A stretch of 64,000 nucleotides of DNA from an uncultured Acidimicrobiia bacterium (GTDB lineage: Bacteria; Acidobacteriota; Terriglobia; Versatilivoradales; Versatilivoraceae), in the NCBI GenBank assembly GCA_963786955.1, contig CAWBAT010000005.1, forward strand, positions 1,164,127 through 1,228,126, in the 5' to 3' direction. The position numbers and the translations under genes are program-made. The stretch's first letter is position 1; every line of letters begins with the position of its first letter. The notes under the pieces were generated by a model that saw only the letters and a program-made list of their open reading frames with translations, was not told the DNA's origin and did no database searches. Of the stretch, positions 30,155 to 41,207 are shown piece by piece.

Positions 30155-30709
30155 ATGAAAAATCGAATGTTACTTAGCCTATGGCTGACTGCATGGATTC
30201 TCGGAGTGCTTCTTGCCTCGGGTTCTTTGCCGATCCTTCAGGCTCAAGACCAGCTTGAACCTAAACGTCAGGCCGAACCGTTCATTCTTCCGACTTGGGA
30301 TGGAAAAGTTCTCAAGTCGAGCCAGCTCAAAGGCCAAGTCATCATGCTTGAGTTTTTCCAAACCAGCTGCCCCGGCTGCCAGGAAGACGCCCCAGAGCTC
30401 GAACGACTCTACAAACAGTACAAGAAAAGGGGATTCATGGTTGTCGGCGTTTCGCATGATAGAGCAGGAGCTAAGGTAGTTGGGCCTTTCGTCACTAAAT
30501 ACAATCTCACCTACCCTGTTGTGATTGGAGATTTGTCGATTGCGGTCAGCTACATCGGGATTACGCCTTCCAATCCCAGTTTTCGCATCCCCTACATTGT
30601 GCTCATCGACCGAAAAGGCTTTATCGTCGGGCAGTTTGAGCAAGGAAAGGATAAGGAAGCTACGGATCCAAAACTTCTTGAAGCCCTCATCCAAAAACTC
30701 CTTGAATAA
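30155..30709 (+). CDS. TlpA-like thiol:disulfide oxidoreductase (redoxin family), secreted/anchored
   Basis: Signal peptide MKNRMLLSLWLTAWILGVLLASGS. CPGC active site in a thioredoxin-fold context (MLEFFQTSCPGCQED). Confidence 0.7.
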   Translation: MKNRMLLSLWLTAWILGVLLASGSLPILQAQDQLEPKRQAEPFILPTWDGKVLKSSQLKGQVIMLEFFQTSCPGCQEDAPELERLYKQYKKRGFMVVGVSHDRAGAKVVGPFVTKYNLTYPVVIGDLSIAVSYIGITPSNPSFRIPYIVLIDRKGFIVGQFEQGKDKEATDPKLLEALIQKLLE

Positions 30710-30931
30710 ATCCCGGACTAAGGGTTAAGAGATCTCTCAATCAAGCATTCTTGGCTTATTCACGGGTTGCTTGAAGAGATGACGATGGACTTGCTTTAAA
30801 ACAATCTTTATGAATCTTGATATCGAGCCCTTTTTCTGCTTCATTCACCCAATACCGAGACATCTGGACTCTCGACGCGCCGTGGGTTACCCTGTCTGAT
30901 AGATCCAGCCTTGGCATTAGGAGGACTACTC

Positions 30932-31309
30932 ATGCGCGCGCGCTATTCGTTACCTTCATGTTTCTTCACACCGCTCGCCAAACGCATGTTACTCGCGGTT
31001 ACTTTGGGTTTGACGGTGATTGCAACATCCTCTTCCACTCCATCTCAGGATCATCAGCCTGTCCAAGACGATAAGGATCGTACCGTCACCTGTGTCTTCG
31101 TGAATCCGGGCTATTCCGGTTCCTGTACCGAGACAGCCCAAGCGCCTTCACGCCAACCCGCGCCAGAGGCTTGTGAGCCAATTCTTACTTGTCTCAACAA
31201 CCCTCAATGCATGAAAACATATTGCGGAGCGACCACAGTTCGTTCCGGTTGGACTCTCGAATCCGCTACCGATTCACAGTCCTCACGTTCATCCACGTTC
31301 AAGAGGTAG
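30932..31309 (+). CDS. small secreted cysteine-rich protein (hypothetical)
   Basis: AGGAGGA RBS 6 nt before ATG 30932. Signal peptide. Six Cys in a mature peptide of about 90 aa. No family recognised. Confidence 0.4.
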   Translation: MRARYSLPSCFFTPLAKRMLLAVTLGLTVIATSSSTPSQDHQPVQDDKDRTVTCVFVNPGYSGSCTETAQAPSRQPAPEACEPILTCLNNPQCMKTYCGATTVRSGWTLESATDSQSSRSSTFKR

Positions 31310-31504
31310 ATCCATAGAATGTAGAAAAGAACGCATGTTTCCTTGTCAAAGTGTGTGAAGATGCGAAATTGAAGGAAAGTCGGATCCTCTAAACCAAGGG
31401 GTTTTGTTGTTCACGGAGGGACAATTGGGCCTTCGTCGATGTTTTAGTCTCTCCAGCGAAGGGATTTGCATCCCTTCATTTCATCTCGCCACTCCGAGGG
31501 AGGT

Positions 31505-31534
31505 CTATTCTGCTTGACACTGATTTGACGCGGT
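31505..31534 (+). promoter_or_regulatory. sigma70-like promoter candidate (TTGACA-18-TAGACT) upstream of the TPR gene
   Basis: Hexamers and spacing read from the sequence. Confidence 0.3.
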
Positions 31535-31592
31535 TGCTAGACTTTTTCAGCCAATTGAGGCGAAATTCGACCGGCCAAAAGGCGGTTTTAAT

Positions 31593-32243
31593 TTGAGAAA
31601 AGATACAGCGTGGGTAGCCTCGATCTGCCTTATATTGGGTGGCCTGATTGGTTACCTCCTCGGTGTCCAGATCACTTCGCAGGAACTCCGCCGTTCACCC
31701 TCCACACAGGCTGTGAATCAGGCATCGGAAGCTCCTTCGGCAGCCCCAGCGGGGGGGGTACCGGAAGGACATCCCCCCATTGTCACGCAGTCTGACCTTG
31801 AGACGCTCAAGAAAGCAGTCGAAGCCACCCCTAAGAACGCAATTTTGCTCACAGAGCTTGCCAATAAGCTTTATGATGCGGGACGGTATCAAGAGGCTGT
31901 CGGGTACTACCAGCAAGCCGTAAAGCTCGATCCGAACAATGTGAATGTGATTACTGATTATGGGACGGCGCTCTACTACTCTGGAAAACCCGAAGAGGCG
32001 ATCGCCCAATACAGCCGTTCACTCGAAATCGACCCTCGCCACATCCAATCACTGCACAACCTGGTCATCGTCAATTTGCAGGGCAAGAAAGATATCGCAG
32101 CGGCGACGGCCGCATTGAATCGACTCAAGGGCATAGAGCCTAATAATCCTTCAATACCGGAATTGGAACGCATGATCAATTCGGGCAATTCCGCTGGACA
32201 GTCCCCTCCTGCCGGAAGCAACCCACGACAGCGAATCTTCTAA
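31593..32243 (+). CDS. TPR-repeat protein with N-terminal membrane anchor
   Basis: TTG start. N-terminal TM (VASICLILGGLIGYLLGV). At least three TPR-like repeats (AGRYQEAVGYYQQAVKLDPNN...). Confidence 0.6.
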   Translation: MRKDTAWVASICLILGGLIGYLLGVQITSQELRRSPSTQAVNQASEAPSAAPAGGVPEGHPPIVTQSDLETLKKAVEATPKNAILLTELANKLYDAGRYQEAVGYYQQAVKLDPNNVNVITDYGTALYYSGKPEEAIAQYSRSLEIDPRHIQSLHNLVIVNLQGKKDIAAATAALNRLKGIEPNNPSIPELERMINSGNSAGQSPPAGSNPRQRIF

Positions 32244-32246
32244 TCA

Positions 32247-32510
32247 ATGAGATTTCTATTCCCCCTTCTTTTTTTCTTGCTCATTTTTTATGTGATCCGG
32301 TCTATCCTTCAAGGATTCACCGAGGGGACTCGGGCTTCAACCTCGAAAAAAGAATCTGGCAAGCCTGGCGTCAAGATGGGAAGGATGGAAAAAGACCCTG
32401 TGTGTGGGATGTATGTCGATGTGGCTACATCAGTCGCAGCCACCTTTGAGGGGGCGACTAAGTACTTTTGTTCGACTGAGTGTCTGAACAAATACAAGAA
32501 AGCCGTTTGA
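32247..32510 (+). CDS. YHS/TRASH-domain membrane protein (putative metal-binding)
   Basis: N-terminal TM. DPVCGMYVD...YFCSTEC matches the YHS/TRASH Cys pattern. Confidence 0.6.
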   Translation: MRFLFPLLFFLLIFYVIRSILQGFTEGTRASTSKKESGKPGVKMGRMEKDPVCGMYVDVATSVAATFEGATKYFCSTECLNKYKKAV

Positions 32511-32546
32511 ACTCGATTTTGATTCACAGTCTTTGGAGGATCCTTC

Positions 32547-33795
32547 GTGAAAGAAACTCAAAATCTGTACGAGATTGCGAAAATGCGATTTGAAATGGCA
32601 GCCGATGCCATGAAACTCCCTTCTGATTTAAGAGAGGTGATGCTCCATTCCAAACGCCAACTCATTGTTTCCCTGCCGGTGCGGATGGACAATGGAACGA
32701 TCCGAGTGTTTGAAGGTTACCGGGTCCAACACAATATTGCACGCGGTCCCGCTAAAGGTGGCATTCGCTACCACCCCAGCGTGACCCTCGACCAGATCAA
32801 AGCTCTCGCTCAACTGATGACGTGGAAATGCGCGACGGTCAATATCCCTTATGGGGGTGGAAAAGGCGGGGTCATCTGCGACCCGAAAACCATGTCTCAG
32901 GGCGAGTTGGAGCGGCTGACCCGAAGATATGCCTCGGAGATTCTGCTCTTGATTGGCCCTGACAGGGATATCCCGGCGCCTGATATCAACACCGATTCTC
33001 AGACCATGGCGTGGATTATGGATACCTATTCCATGACCGTGGGCCATTCGATGCTGGGAGTCGTCACCGGCAAGCCGGTCGCTCTGGGCGGTTCTAAGGG
33101 TCGCGAAGAAGCTACCGCCAGAGGATGCTGGTATGCCATCCGAGAAGCTTGCAAAGTTAAGAACATTCATCTCAATAACGCAATCGTGGCAATCCAGGGG
33201 TTTGGCAGTGTGGGAACGACGACGGCGCGACTACTCCATGAAGATGGAGCTAAGATCATTGCCTTGAGCGATTCCCGAGGAGGTGTGCTCAACTTAAAGG
33301 GAATCGACATGAAAGCCGCTCTGGAACATAAGCGGAAAACAGGCCGGCTTGAGAGCCTAAAAGGCACAACTGCAATCTCCAACGCGGAATTGTTGGAGTT
33401 GAAGTGCGACATCCTTGTTCCAGCCGCAATGGAGAACCAGATCACCTCAGAAAACGCTTCTAAGGTGAAAGCTACGATCCTGGCGGAGGCTGCCAATGCG
33501 ACGACTACTCCTGCGGCGGATGAGGTCTTGATCAGGAACGGCACTTACCTGATTCCTGACATTCTGTGTAATTCAGGCGGCGTCATCGTGTCCTATTTTG
33601 AGTGGGTGCAAGACCTGCAGGGGCTTTTCTGGTCTGAAGGAGAAGTCAACAACCAGTTGGAAAAAATCATGATTCGGAGCTTCCAGGAAGTCCACGACAT
33701 TTCCCAGAAAAGAAGAAGGACATGCGGGTGGCGGCTTATGTCCTGGCCGTAGGCCGAGTGGCTGATGCGACAAACGCGCGAGGGCTCTTTCCCTA
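32547..33795 (+). CDS. gdhA: glutamate dehydrogenase (Glu/Leu/Phe/Val dehydrogenase family), C-terminus interrupted by a 1-nt frameshift
   Basis: GPAKGGIRYHPSV and NIPYGGGKGG motifs. The in-frame ORF ends at 33752, but the conserved C-terminus MRVAAYVLAVGRVADATNARGLFP is encoded in the +1 frame from 33721 to 33795. The shift sits in the A-rich run cagaaaagaagaagg (33705-33717). Confidence 0.8.
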
Positions 33796-33906
33796 AGAAT
33801 TGACACAATCCGTTCGATCTCTGGGACCCGGCCCCGACTTTATTCCCGCGAAATGGAAATTGGTTTTGCAGAACCCGCCAGCAGAGGCGGTCTTAATGAT
33901 ACCGCC

Positions 33907-35196
33907 CTACCTTACTGGCGGAGCCTGATACACGACTTTACCGGCCATGATGGTGGCTGTCACTCTTCCCTTGAGTTTTGTCCCATGAAAAGGTGAATTC
34001 CGGCTTTTTGACCGTGTCTGATTCACATCGTATACCCATTCGTGATCCAGCCCAAAAACCGTCACGTCTGCTTCGGCCCCTACTTTGAGAGTGCCAAGCG
34101 ACTTATTGATAATCTTTGCTGGATTGGTGGAGAAGAGTTCTACCAACCGTTTTAAGCTAATTTTTCCTGTGTGATAGAGTTGGGTAAGGGCAAGACTGAG
34201 TGCTGTCTCCAAGCCAATAATCCCGAACGGCGCGCAATCAAATTCCAGCATTTTTTCGTTCGGATTATGGGGGGCGTGGTCGGTTGCAAGACAGTCCACG
34301 GTTCCATCGGCAATCCCCTCCACAAGTGCTTCGATATCCTTCTCAGTTCGCAAGGGAGGATTCATTTTTGTATTCGTGTCGTAACCGCAACAGGCGGCAT
34401 CAGCCAGCGTGAAGTGATGGGGAGTGACCTCGCAGGTGACATCAATTCCTTTTTGTTTGGCGGCACGTACTAGCTCGAGTGCACCTTGGGTAGAAAGGTG
34501 AGCAATGTGGATATGCGCGCCCGTCAATTCTGCAAGCAAAATGTCACGGCTCGCCATCGCATCTTCGGCCGTGCGACTGATTCCTTTTAGGCCCAAGACG
34601 GTCGAGTAGTAGCCCTCATTCATGGAACCCTTTGCGGAAAGGTGCAAATCTTCACAGTGCTCAATGACCGGGATTTTAAAGGGTAAAGAATATTCCATCG
34701 CACGACGCATCAATTGTCCGTTCATGACCGGCTTTCCGTCGTCGCTGATGCCGACGGCCCCGGCACTCACCATCTCCCCAATCTCGGCCAGTCGCTCACC
34801 GGCACTTCCCATGCTGATGGCGCCGATCGGAAAGACGCGGGTTACGGCCCTTCGTTGTGCTTCTTCACAAATGTATTTGGTCACGGTGGGACTATCGTTG
34901 ATGGGGTTGGTATTTGGCATGCAACAGATGGTCGTAAATCCTCCTGCGGCAGCTGTCCGGGATCCGCTCTCTATGGTTTCTTCGTCTTCCCGTCCGGGCT
35001 CTCGCAAGTGCACGTGGAGATCAATAAAGCCAGGTGAGACGATGAGTCCCGTCGCGTCAATGATCTGATCGGCGGAGGCTTTGAGGTTTTGTCCAACCTT
35101 GCTGATTCTTCCGTCATCAATGAACAAGTCACTGACAGCGTCTAATCCCGAGGCGGGGTCCACTATTCTTCCATTTTTGATCAGTAGCGAATTCAA
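33907..35196 (-). CDS. pyrC: dihydroorotase
   Basis: DLHVHLREPG metal-binding motif; 429 aa amidohydrolase. Confidence 0.85.
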   Translation of the reverse strand: MNSLLIKNGRIVDPASGLDAVSDLFIDDGRISKVGQNLKASADQIIDATGLIVSPGFIDLHVHLREPGREDEETIESGSRTAAAGGFTTICCMPNTNPINDSPTVTKYICEEAQRRAVTRVFPIGAISMGSAGERLAEIGEMVSAGAVGISDDGKPVMNGQLMRRAMEYSLPFKIPVIEHCEDLHLSAKGSMNEGYYSTVLGLKGISRTAEDAMASRDILLAELTGAHIHIAHLSTQGALELVRAAKQKGIDVTCEVTPHHFTLADAACCGYDTNTKMNPPLRTEKDIEALVEGIADGTVDCLATDHAPHNPNEKMLEFDCAPFGIIGLETALSLALTQLYHTGKISLKRLVELFSTNPAKIINKSLGTLKVGAEADVTVFGLDHEWVYDVNQTRSKSRNSPFHGTKLKGRVTATIMAGKVVYQAPPVR

Positions 35197-35199
35197 AGC

Positions 35200-36186
35200 T
35201 TAAGAGTCCTCCTTTGTCTCCCCGGTTAAGAGGAACAAAACAGCCATTCTTACGGCGACGCCGCTAGTAACCTGGTTCATAATGACTGAATATTGCCCGT
35301 CGGCTACGTTTGAGTCAATTTCGACCCCCCGATTGATCGGGCCCGGGTGCATGATGATTGCGTCAGGCCTCGCCGCTTTCATGCGATTCGCACTTAAACC
35401 GTAATAACGGAAATACTCCCGAACAGAGGGAAAGAAAGCCTCCTGTTGCCGTTCTAATTGAATGCGCAGCATCATGACCACATCGGCATCCCGAAGGGCT
35501 TCATCCATATCGAGTGTCACTTTCAGACTCCCGAGGTTTTCAGTTTTCGCTCCAGAGAGGGATTCACGACCGATTTCATCCAGCATCCGTTCAAACTTAA
35601 GAGGGATCAGAGTCGGAGGCCCGCACACGGTAATGTGCGCACCCATTTTCCCTAACAAGAGGCAATTCGACCGGGCGACGCGACTATGGGTAATGTCTCC
35701 GATGATAGCCACCCGGAGATCTCGTAAGGATTTCTTATGATCGAGAATCGTGAGCGCATCCAGCAATGCCTGGGTGGGATGTTCATGGGAGCCATCCCCA
35801 GCATTCACAATCGAAGCACTGCAGACTTTGGCCAATTGATGGGGTGCCCCTGAAGAAGAGTGTCGGATCACAATGACGTCCGGTGCCATAGCCTGCAAGT
35901 TCTTGGCAGTATCGATCAGAGTTTCACCCTTCACCACACTGCTCGTCGAAACAGAGATATTGATGACATCAGCACTGAGTCGTTTTCCCGCAATTTCAAA
36001 GGATGTTCGAGTTCGGGTAGACGCCTCAAAGAAAAGATTGACGATGGTCTTTCCCCGCAAGGTGGGGACTTTCTTAATAGGCCGAGTCGAGATCTCCCGG
36101 AGAGACTGGGCTGTCTTGAGGATGAGCTCGATTTGCTCTGGAGAGACTCCCTGAATTCCAAGCAGATGTTTCAAGCCTAAAGCCAC
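35200..36186 (-). CDS. pyrB: aspartate carbamoyltransferase catalytic subunit
   Basis: STRTR carbamoyl-phosphate-binding motif ([13 protein letters not shown]) and an HPGP-like motif. Confidence 0.9.
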   Translation of the reverse strand: MALGLKHLLGIQGVSPEQIELILKTAQSLREISTRPIKKVPTLRGKTIVNLFFEASTRTRTSFEIAGKRLSADVINISVSTSSVVKGETLIDTAKNLQAMAPDVIVIRHSSSGAPHQLAKVCSASIVNAGDGSHEHPTQALLDALTILDHKKSLRDLRVAIIGDITHSRVARSNCLLLGKMGAHITVCGPPTLIPLKFERMLDEIGRESLSGAKTENLGSLKVTLDMDEALRDADVVMMLRIQLERQQEAFFPSVREYFRYYGLSANRMKAARPDAIIMHPGPINRGVEIDSNVADGQYSVIMNQVTSGVAVRMAVLFLLTGETKEDS

Positions 36187-36267
36187 ACAGGCACCTCGAT
36201 CTTGTTGCGACTTAAAGTGATTTGGAATGGCATGATTGAATGGCTCTGCAACGGACTGCGTTTAAGG

Positions 36268-36813
36268 TTAATTCTTTTCCACCAATAAGACCTGATCCAG
36301 TTGATCGATCTCACGAAGCCGAACTTCCACCATTTCGTCCTCTGTTGTCTGAATGCATTTGCCGATGAAATTAGCTTCAATTGGCAATTCACGCAGGCCA
36401 CGATCGATAAGGACGCAGAGCTGAATCCCCTTGGGCCGACCAAAATCCAGCAGGGCATCCATGGCGGCGCGAATGGTCCGGCCCGTATAGAGTACGTCGT
36501 CGACCAGAACGATCACGTTCTCGGAGATCGGAAAGTTGATTTCCGTCTTCTGGATGACCGGCTGATTTGCCACTGTAGAAAGGTCGTCTCGATAGAGATT
36601 GATGTCCAGATAACCGACCGGTACCTGAAATTTCTCACGCTCGGAGATACATTGAGCCAGGCGATCGGCCAATGGAACACCCCGCCGGCGAATGCCGACC
36701 AGAGCGAGATGACTTGTGCCCCGATTGCGCTCGATAAGTTCATATGCCAGCCGATTGACGGCCCGCTCGATGTCGGTGGCATTCATGACTTGAGCTTTCT
36801 CACGGATACTCAT
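36268..36813 (-). CDS. pyrR: bifunctional pyrimidine operon regulator / uracil phosphoribosyltransferase PyrR
   Basis: PRTase motif VIVLVDDVLYTGRT. Full-length PyrR similarity. The true start may be the internal ATG at 36783. Confidence 0.9.
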   Translation of the reverse strand: MSIREKAQVMNATDIERAVNRLAYELIERNRGTSHLALVGIRRRGVPLADRLAQCISEREKFQVPVGYLDINLYRDDLSTVANQPVIQKTEINFPISENVIVLVDDVLYTGRTIRAAMDALLDFGRPKGIQLCVLIDRGLRELPIEANFIGKCIQTTEDEMVEVRLREIDQLDQVLLVEKN

Positions 36814-36935
36814 GAGCTTTGCAGGGTGAGACGACTGAGTTGGTCCCCATCATTAAGGAGGGAACCAGAGTTGAGATGAGTAACTGACTGTTCTATCTTG
36901 CAGGAGGTGCAAGATAAGTGTCTAAAACCGGTTTC

Positions 36936-36963
36936 ATAGTAGCACAATGCGTCTGCATGTCAA
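36936..36963 (-). promoter_or_regulatory. sigma70-like promoter candidate for pyrR-pyrB-pyrC (TTGACA-16-TACTAT on the minus strand)
   Basis: Read from the reverse complement; no other support. Confidence 0.25.
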
Positions 36964-37135
36964 AGAGCCCTCAAAAATGGAAAAATGAGAAGTAAGGTAG
37001 AGAATTGTCGATGGGTTTCATATGAGCGAAGGACTCCTCTCTTGGGATAGTTGTTCCTCAGTTTTTGTGCGCGATATGGTATTTTATGATCGCATCGAAG
37101 AAAGGATACACATCAATCCCGTGGGTGAACGCAGA

Positions 37136-40100
37136 ATGAAACCAGAGGATCTGCTTTTAGCGGCCGAACTGGATTCCGCAAAAGCTTCCCAGATTCTAAA
37201 GAAATACGGATTTAAAGATCCGGAATGGGGCAGACCGTAATCTGCAGTTGATGGCTGAGGACCTCTCAACCCGTCTCATTCTGGCCCGAATCATCGGAAT
37301 TTATTGGAAGCTGCCAAGAAATGTCCCGACCCTGACTCTGCCATCAATTACTTTGAAAGACTTTTGGCCAATGTAGCGCATTCGAGCAATTTCTTGGGAT
37401 TTCTGGGAGATACTCCTGAAGCGCTCGAGGCCCTGATCCTTCTGCTTGGAACCTCCCCGTTCAGCGCCGAGATTCTGATCCGAAACCCCGAATACTTCTA
37501 CTGGATCCTGGATGAGTTGGGGACTCCGTGGATCAAGCCGTCATCGGCTTATCTTCAAGAAGCGCTGCAGGCGAAGGAGCCCTTTGAAGATGGAGAGCAG
37601 CAGTTGCGGGCACTCGGCCGATCTCAAACGGCGGGAAATCCTACGAATCGGCGCCAGAGACATTTTGAGAGCTGCAAACGTACTGGGGACAATTACCGAG
37701 CTTTCAAATTTAGCCGATGCTGTTTTGCAATCTATTTACTCCATATGCTTTCAGAACCTGGCTGGGAAACATGGCATCCCTTGCTTTCTGGATGCGTCAG
37801 GTAAATTGAGAAGGGCCCGGTTTACAATTCTAGCAATGGGAAAACTAGGCGGGTGCGAACTCAACTACAGTTCAGACATTGATCTGATTTTTATCTACGA
37901 TGGGGAAAACGGGAATACGACATCCGCTGAAAGCCTGCTGGAATCCAATCAACCGGGAGATCCAGAACGGACGCCCGCTATTTCTACAATCCCCCGGCCT
38001 CCAATTCTGGAAGATCTAAAATCCATTTCAAACACCGAATTCTTTACCAAGCTTGCCCAAACCATTACGCACGAACTCTCGAGTATGACTGAGGAGGGAT
38101 ATTTCTACCGAGTGGATCTCCGACTCCGCCCCGAGGGGAGTGCCGGTCCGGTGGCGAGTTCATTCACGGCCTGCAAAAACTATTACTCCAGCTGGGGGGA
38201 AACTTTTGAGCGAATGGCGCTGATCAAAGCCCGACCGGCAGCAGGTTCCACGGAGCTTGGAGACGAGTTCTGCAAAGCCTTCAACTCTTTCGTTTACCGG
38301 AAGTTCTTGGATTTTGCCGCTTTAGAAGAGATCCAGGAGATTAAGACTCGGATTGAATCAAAACTGACTGCCAGGAAAAAAAATGTCCGGCACGTTAAAC
38401 TCGGAGCGGGCGGGATCCGTGAAATTGAATTCTTCGTCCAGGCGCTCCAGTTAATCTATGGAGGTCGAAATCCGCAAATACAGGACCGCAGCACGGTCAA
38501 GACGCTCAGCCTTCTGCAGGGGAACCAATTTATTTCTACCGACGAGAGTGCAGGACTGCTGGATGCCTACTGTTTCCTGCGCGACTTGGAGCACAAGCTA
38601 CAGATGGTTAATGAGCTCCAGGCCCATGAACTTCCCGAAGACGAGGAGGAACTCTACAAATGTGCCCGGCGAATGGGCTTTCTGGAAAAGTCTCGTGCCG
38701 AGACGATCAAAACATTTTCTGAAAAAATATGAATCACACACAACCTATGTTCGGGATCGCTTTCAAAAGCTTATTTCTCTGAAGAGAGACGAGTGGTCCG
38801 GCGGCCAGATGCGAGAGGCCTCTCTGATTCTCAGCAAGAACCTCTCAAAACAGGAAGCCTTGGAAATCCTTGACAGACCGGGGTTCGAAGACCTCCAGAC
38901 AGCTTATAATCAAATCTGCTTGCTCCGCGATGCTCCTTCGTTTGCCCACTCGCCCTCAAAGATGCGCAATTTGCTGGCGAACCTCATGCCATCCCTTCTT
39001 GAGACCCTCAGGGTTAGTCCTGATCCGGATACAGGCTTGAACTTCTTCGAGCAGTTTGCCAGTGCATTAGGAGCCCGCGATTCTCTATACACTCTCCTGA
39101 ACGAATCCCCCAATGCTCTTCACAGTCTCATTCGAGTTCTCTCCAGCAGCCAGTTTCTCGCGGATTTTCTTTGCCGAAACCCCGAATTCCTGGATGCCAT
39201 TATCAAACTAGAATATTTAGAAGAGGCAAAACAACTTGAAGAATACAAATGGCAGATCAGAGAGATCCTTTCGGAGGAAAACAGCTTTGAGAATCGTGTT
39301 CAGGCCCTCAGAAAGCTTACACGAGGAAGAACTATTCCGCATTCAGGTAAGGGATGTCTTGGATCAATGTGATCGTCCATTGGTCGGTAAACAATTGGCT
39401 GCCTTGGCGGAAGCATGTTTAGAAGGGGCATTTTTGCTTGCCTGCCAAAGACTGGAAGAGCATGAAATGAGTTCCTTTCAGTCATGGGCGCAAGATCACT
39501 TTGTCATCCTTGCCCTTGGAAAATTGGGGGGAAATGATCTGAGCTACCAATCGGATTTGGATCTTGTCTATTTCTATTCGGTTGATTCAGAGACGAATTC
39601 GATCGGACGCAACGCCGCCTCACTCGTTTGGTAGAACAAATCGACCAGATACTAAGCGTCTCGACAGGAAAGGGCGCGATCTACAAGATCGACACCCGCC
39701 TCCGTCCTGAAGGAAAGAAAGGTGGATTAGTCACCCCTTACTGAAATACCAGCAATATCTCGAACATCGAGCCCAGCCTTGGGAACGGTTGGCGATGGTT
39801 CGCCACCGCTTATGATGGGGAGCTCAAGAAATCGTGCCATGCATTCTGAAATGGTGAGGGGCTTTGTCTTTCAGTCGGAATTTCCGTCCATCCGTGGTCA
39901 AGGAGATTGCCCATATCCGTCACCGAATGGAAATAGAATTGGCGAAAGAGGCTGAAGAAAATAGTTTTCATATCAAGGCAGGGGCTGGCGGGTTAGTGGA
40001 TATTGAGTTTGCCGTACAAATGATGCAGTTGAAACATGGGTGCCGGCATCCTGCTTTACAGATTTCCAATACTCTTCATCGCCCTGACGGAAATCAGAGA

Positions 40101-40275
40101 ATTGGGGCTTATTTCGCTTTCTGATTTCCAGGTTCTCTATCTCGGGTACGAGTTCCTCCGTTTCCTGGAAAATCGATTGAGGATTGCCTCTCCTTTTGGC
40201 TCAGGAACCTTTCATCGTCAATTACAAAGTCTAGGGAAAACGTCACGCCTACTTGGGATATTCAAGCACGAATGA
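37136..40275 (+). pseudogene. glnE: glutamine synthetase adenylyltransferase GlnE, reading frame broken at least 7 times (authentic pseudogene or sequencing artefact)
   Basis: GlnE-specific segments lie in successive different frames: CPDPDSAINYFERL, AMGKLGGCELNYSSDIDLIFIY, YRVDLRLRPEGSAGP, KLGAGGIREIEFFVQ, LGKLGGNDLSYQSDLDLVYFY, KIDTRLRPEGKKGG, IKAGAGGLVDIEFAVQ, LGYEFLRFLENRLR. Confidence 0.75.
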
Positions 40276-40369
40276 TCCTAGGGCCGCCAAGGATTTCGAA
40301 GGTGCGTACCTCGACATCACGAGTTCCGTAAGAAATGTGTACCAGAGAATCATGAATCAGTTGGCCTTA

Positions 40370-41050
40370 TCATGAGCTTTCTTCGATCCCGATAACACTC
40401 ATCATTCTCCCAGTTTTTCCTTTTTCTGCACGGTGGGAAAAAAAGAGTTCGGTCCGGCAAGCTCGTACAAGCCTCACTACTGAAAATATTGTGTGGCAGG
40501 ATCCCAGATTCGAGTAATTGGTGTTTGCCAGGCAGCTACAAATCGAGGGACATCGTTGTCGGCGCAGTCAAGTCTTTATGGTTGAAGCTGCGGAAAAAAG
40601 AATCCCTCCAGCGAATTCTTTCGCGAATGCCTGGACCATTTCCTCTCCGACTTCGTAGCAGCAGGGGCCAATTCCAGGTCCGATTACCGCCAGGCAATCG
40701 GCAGGGACAGTCCAGAAATTCTTTTGCATCTGTTCAGTCGGCTTTCATGGTGATTCTTTTGAGAAGGCCTCGCCAGCCAGCATGAATGGCAGCAATCGAC
40801 TTTTCGACGAGGATCGACCGCTAAGACGGGCAGGCAGTCGGCGGTTTGGATGGCCAGCAGAATTCCAGTCTGGGCGGTAATCATGGCGTCTGCTTCTGGA
40901 GCCGTTGCCAAATGGTTTCTTGTTCCTAATCGCAAAGATTCTGTCGGAGTGAGTTTGGCGCAAGGTGACCAGAGGGATTTCCCTGCCGGAGACTGCACCG
41001 GGCCAATCTCTTTCGATTTTCCAGCACGATTTCTGCCGGTTGATAATCAT
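40370..41050 (-). pseudogene. pgeF: purine nucleoside phosphorylase/laccase-domain protein YfiH/PgeF, about 4 frameshifts
   Basis: Motifs in different frames: LRQTHSD, EADAMITAQTGILLAIQTADCLPVL, ADCLAVIGPGIGPCCYEVGEE, FFSHRAEKGKTGRMMSVIGI. Breaks coincide with T6-7 and A6 runs. Confidence 0.6.
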
Positions 41051-41207
41051 TCAATCCAAGGTTAAGGTCTCTTTTGGGTTCAGGGTCAAAACGCAAGCTA
41101 AAACCGTGCAGCATCCACTTGAAGGAAGCTAGCGGTTGGTGATATAAGAAATTTCGCGACCGTTGAGATTAGAAACTGGTTATCCGTCATAAAGAGAGAG
41201 AATTGAA

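Noticed and set aside
37030-37047. PyrR binding-loop-like sequence (CCAAGAGAGGAGUCC on the minus strand) near the pyr operon
   Set aside because: It lies about 80 nt upstream of the only promoter-like element for pyrR and inside the glnE 5' region on the other strand. It is therefore not in the transcribed leader, and no terminator/antiterminator pair accompanies it.
40489-40785. 98-aa plus-strand ORF
   Set aside because: The opposite strand encodes recognisable PgeF/YfiH motifs (ADCLAVIGPGIGPCCYEVGEE) across this interval, so the plus ORF is antisense noise.
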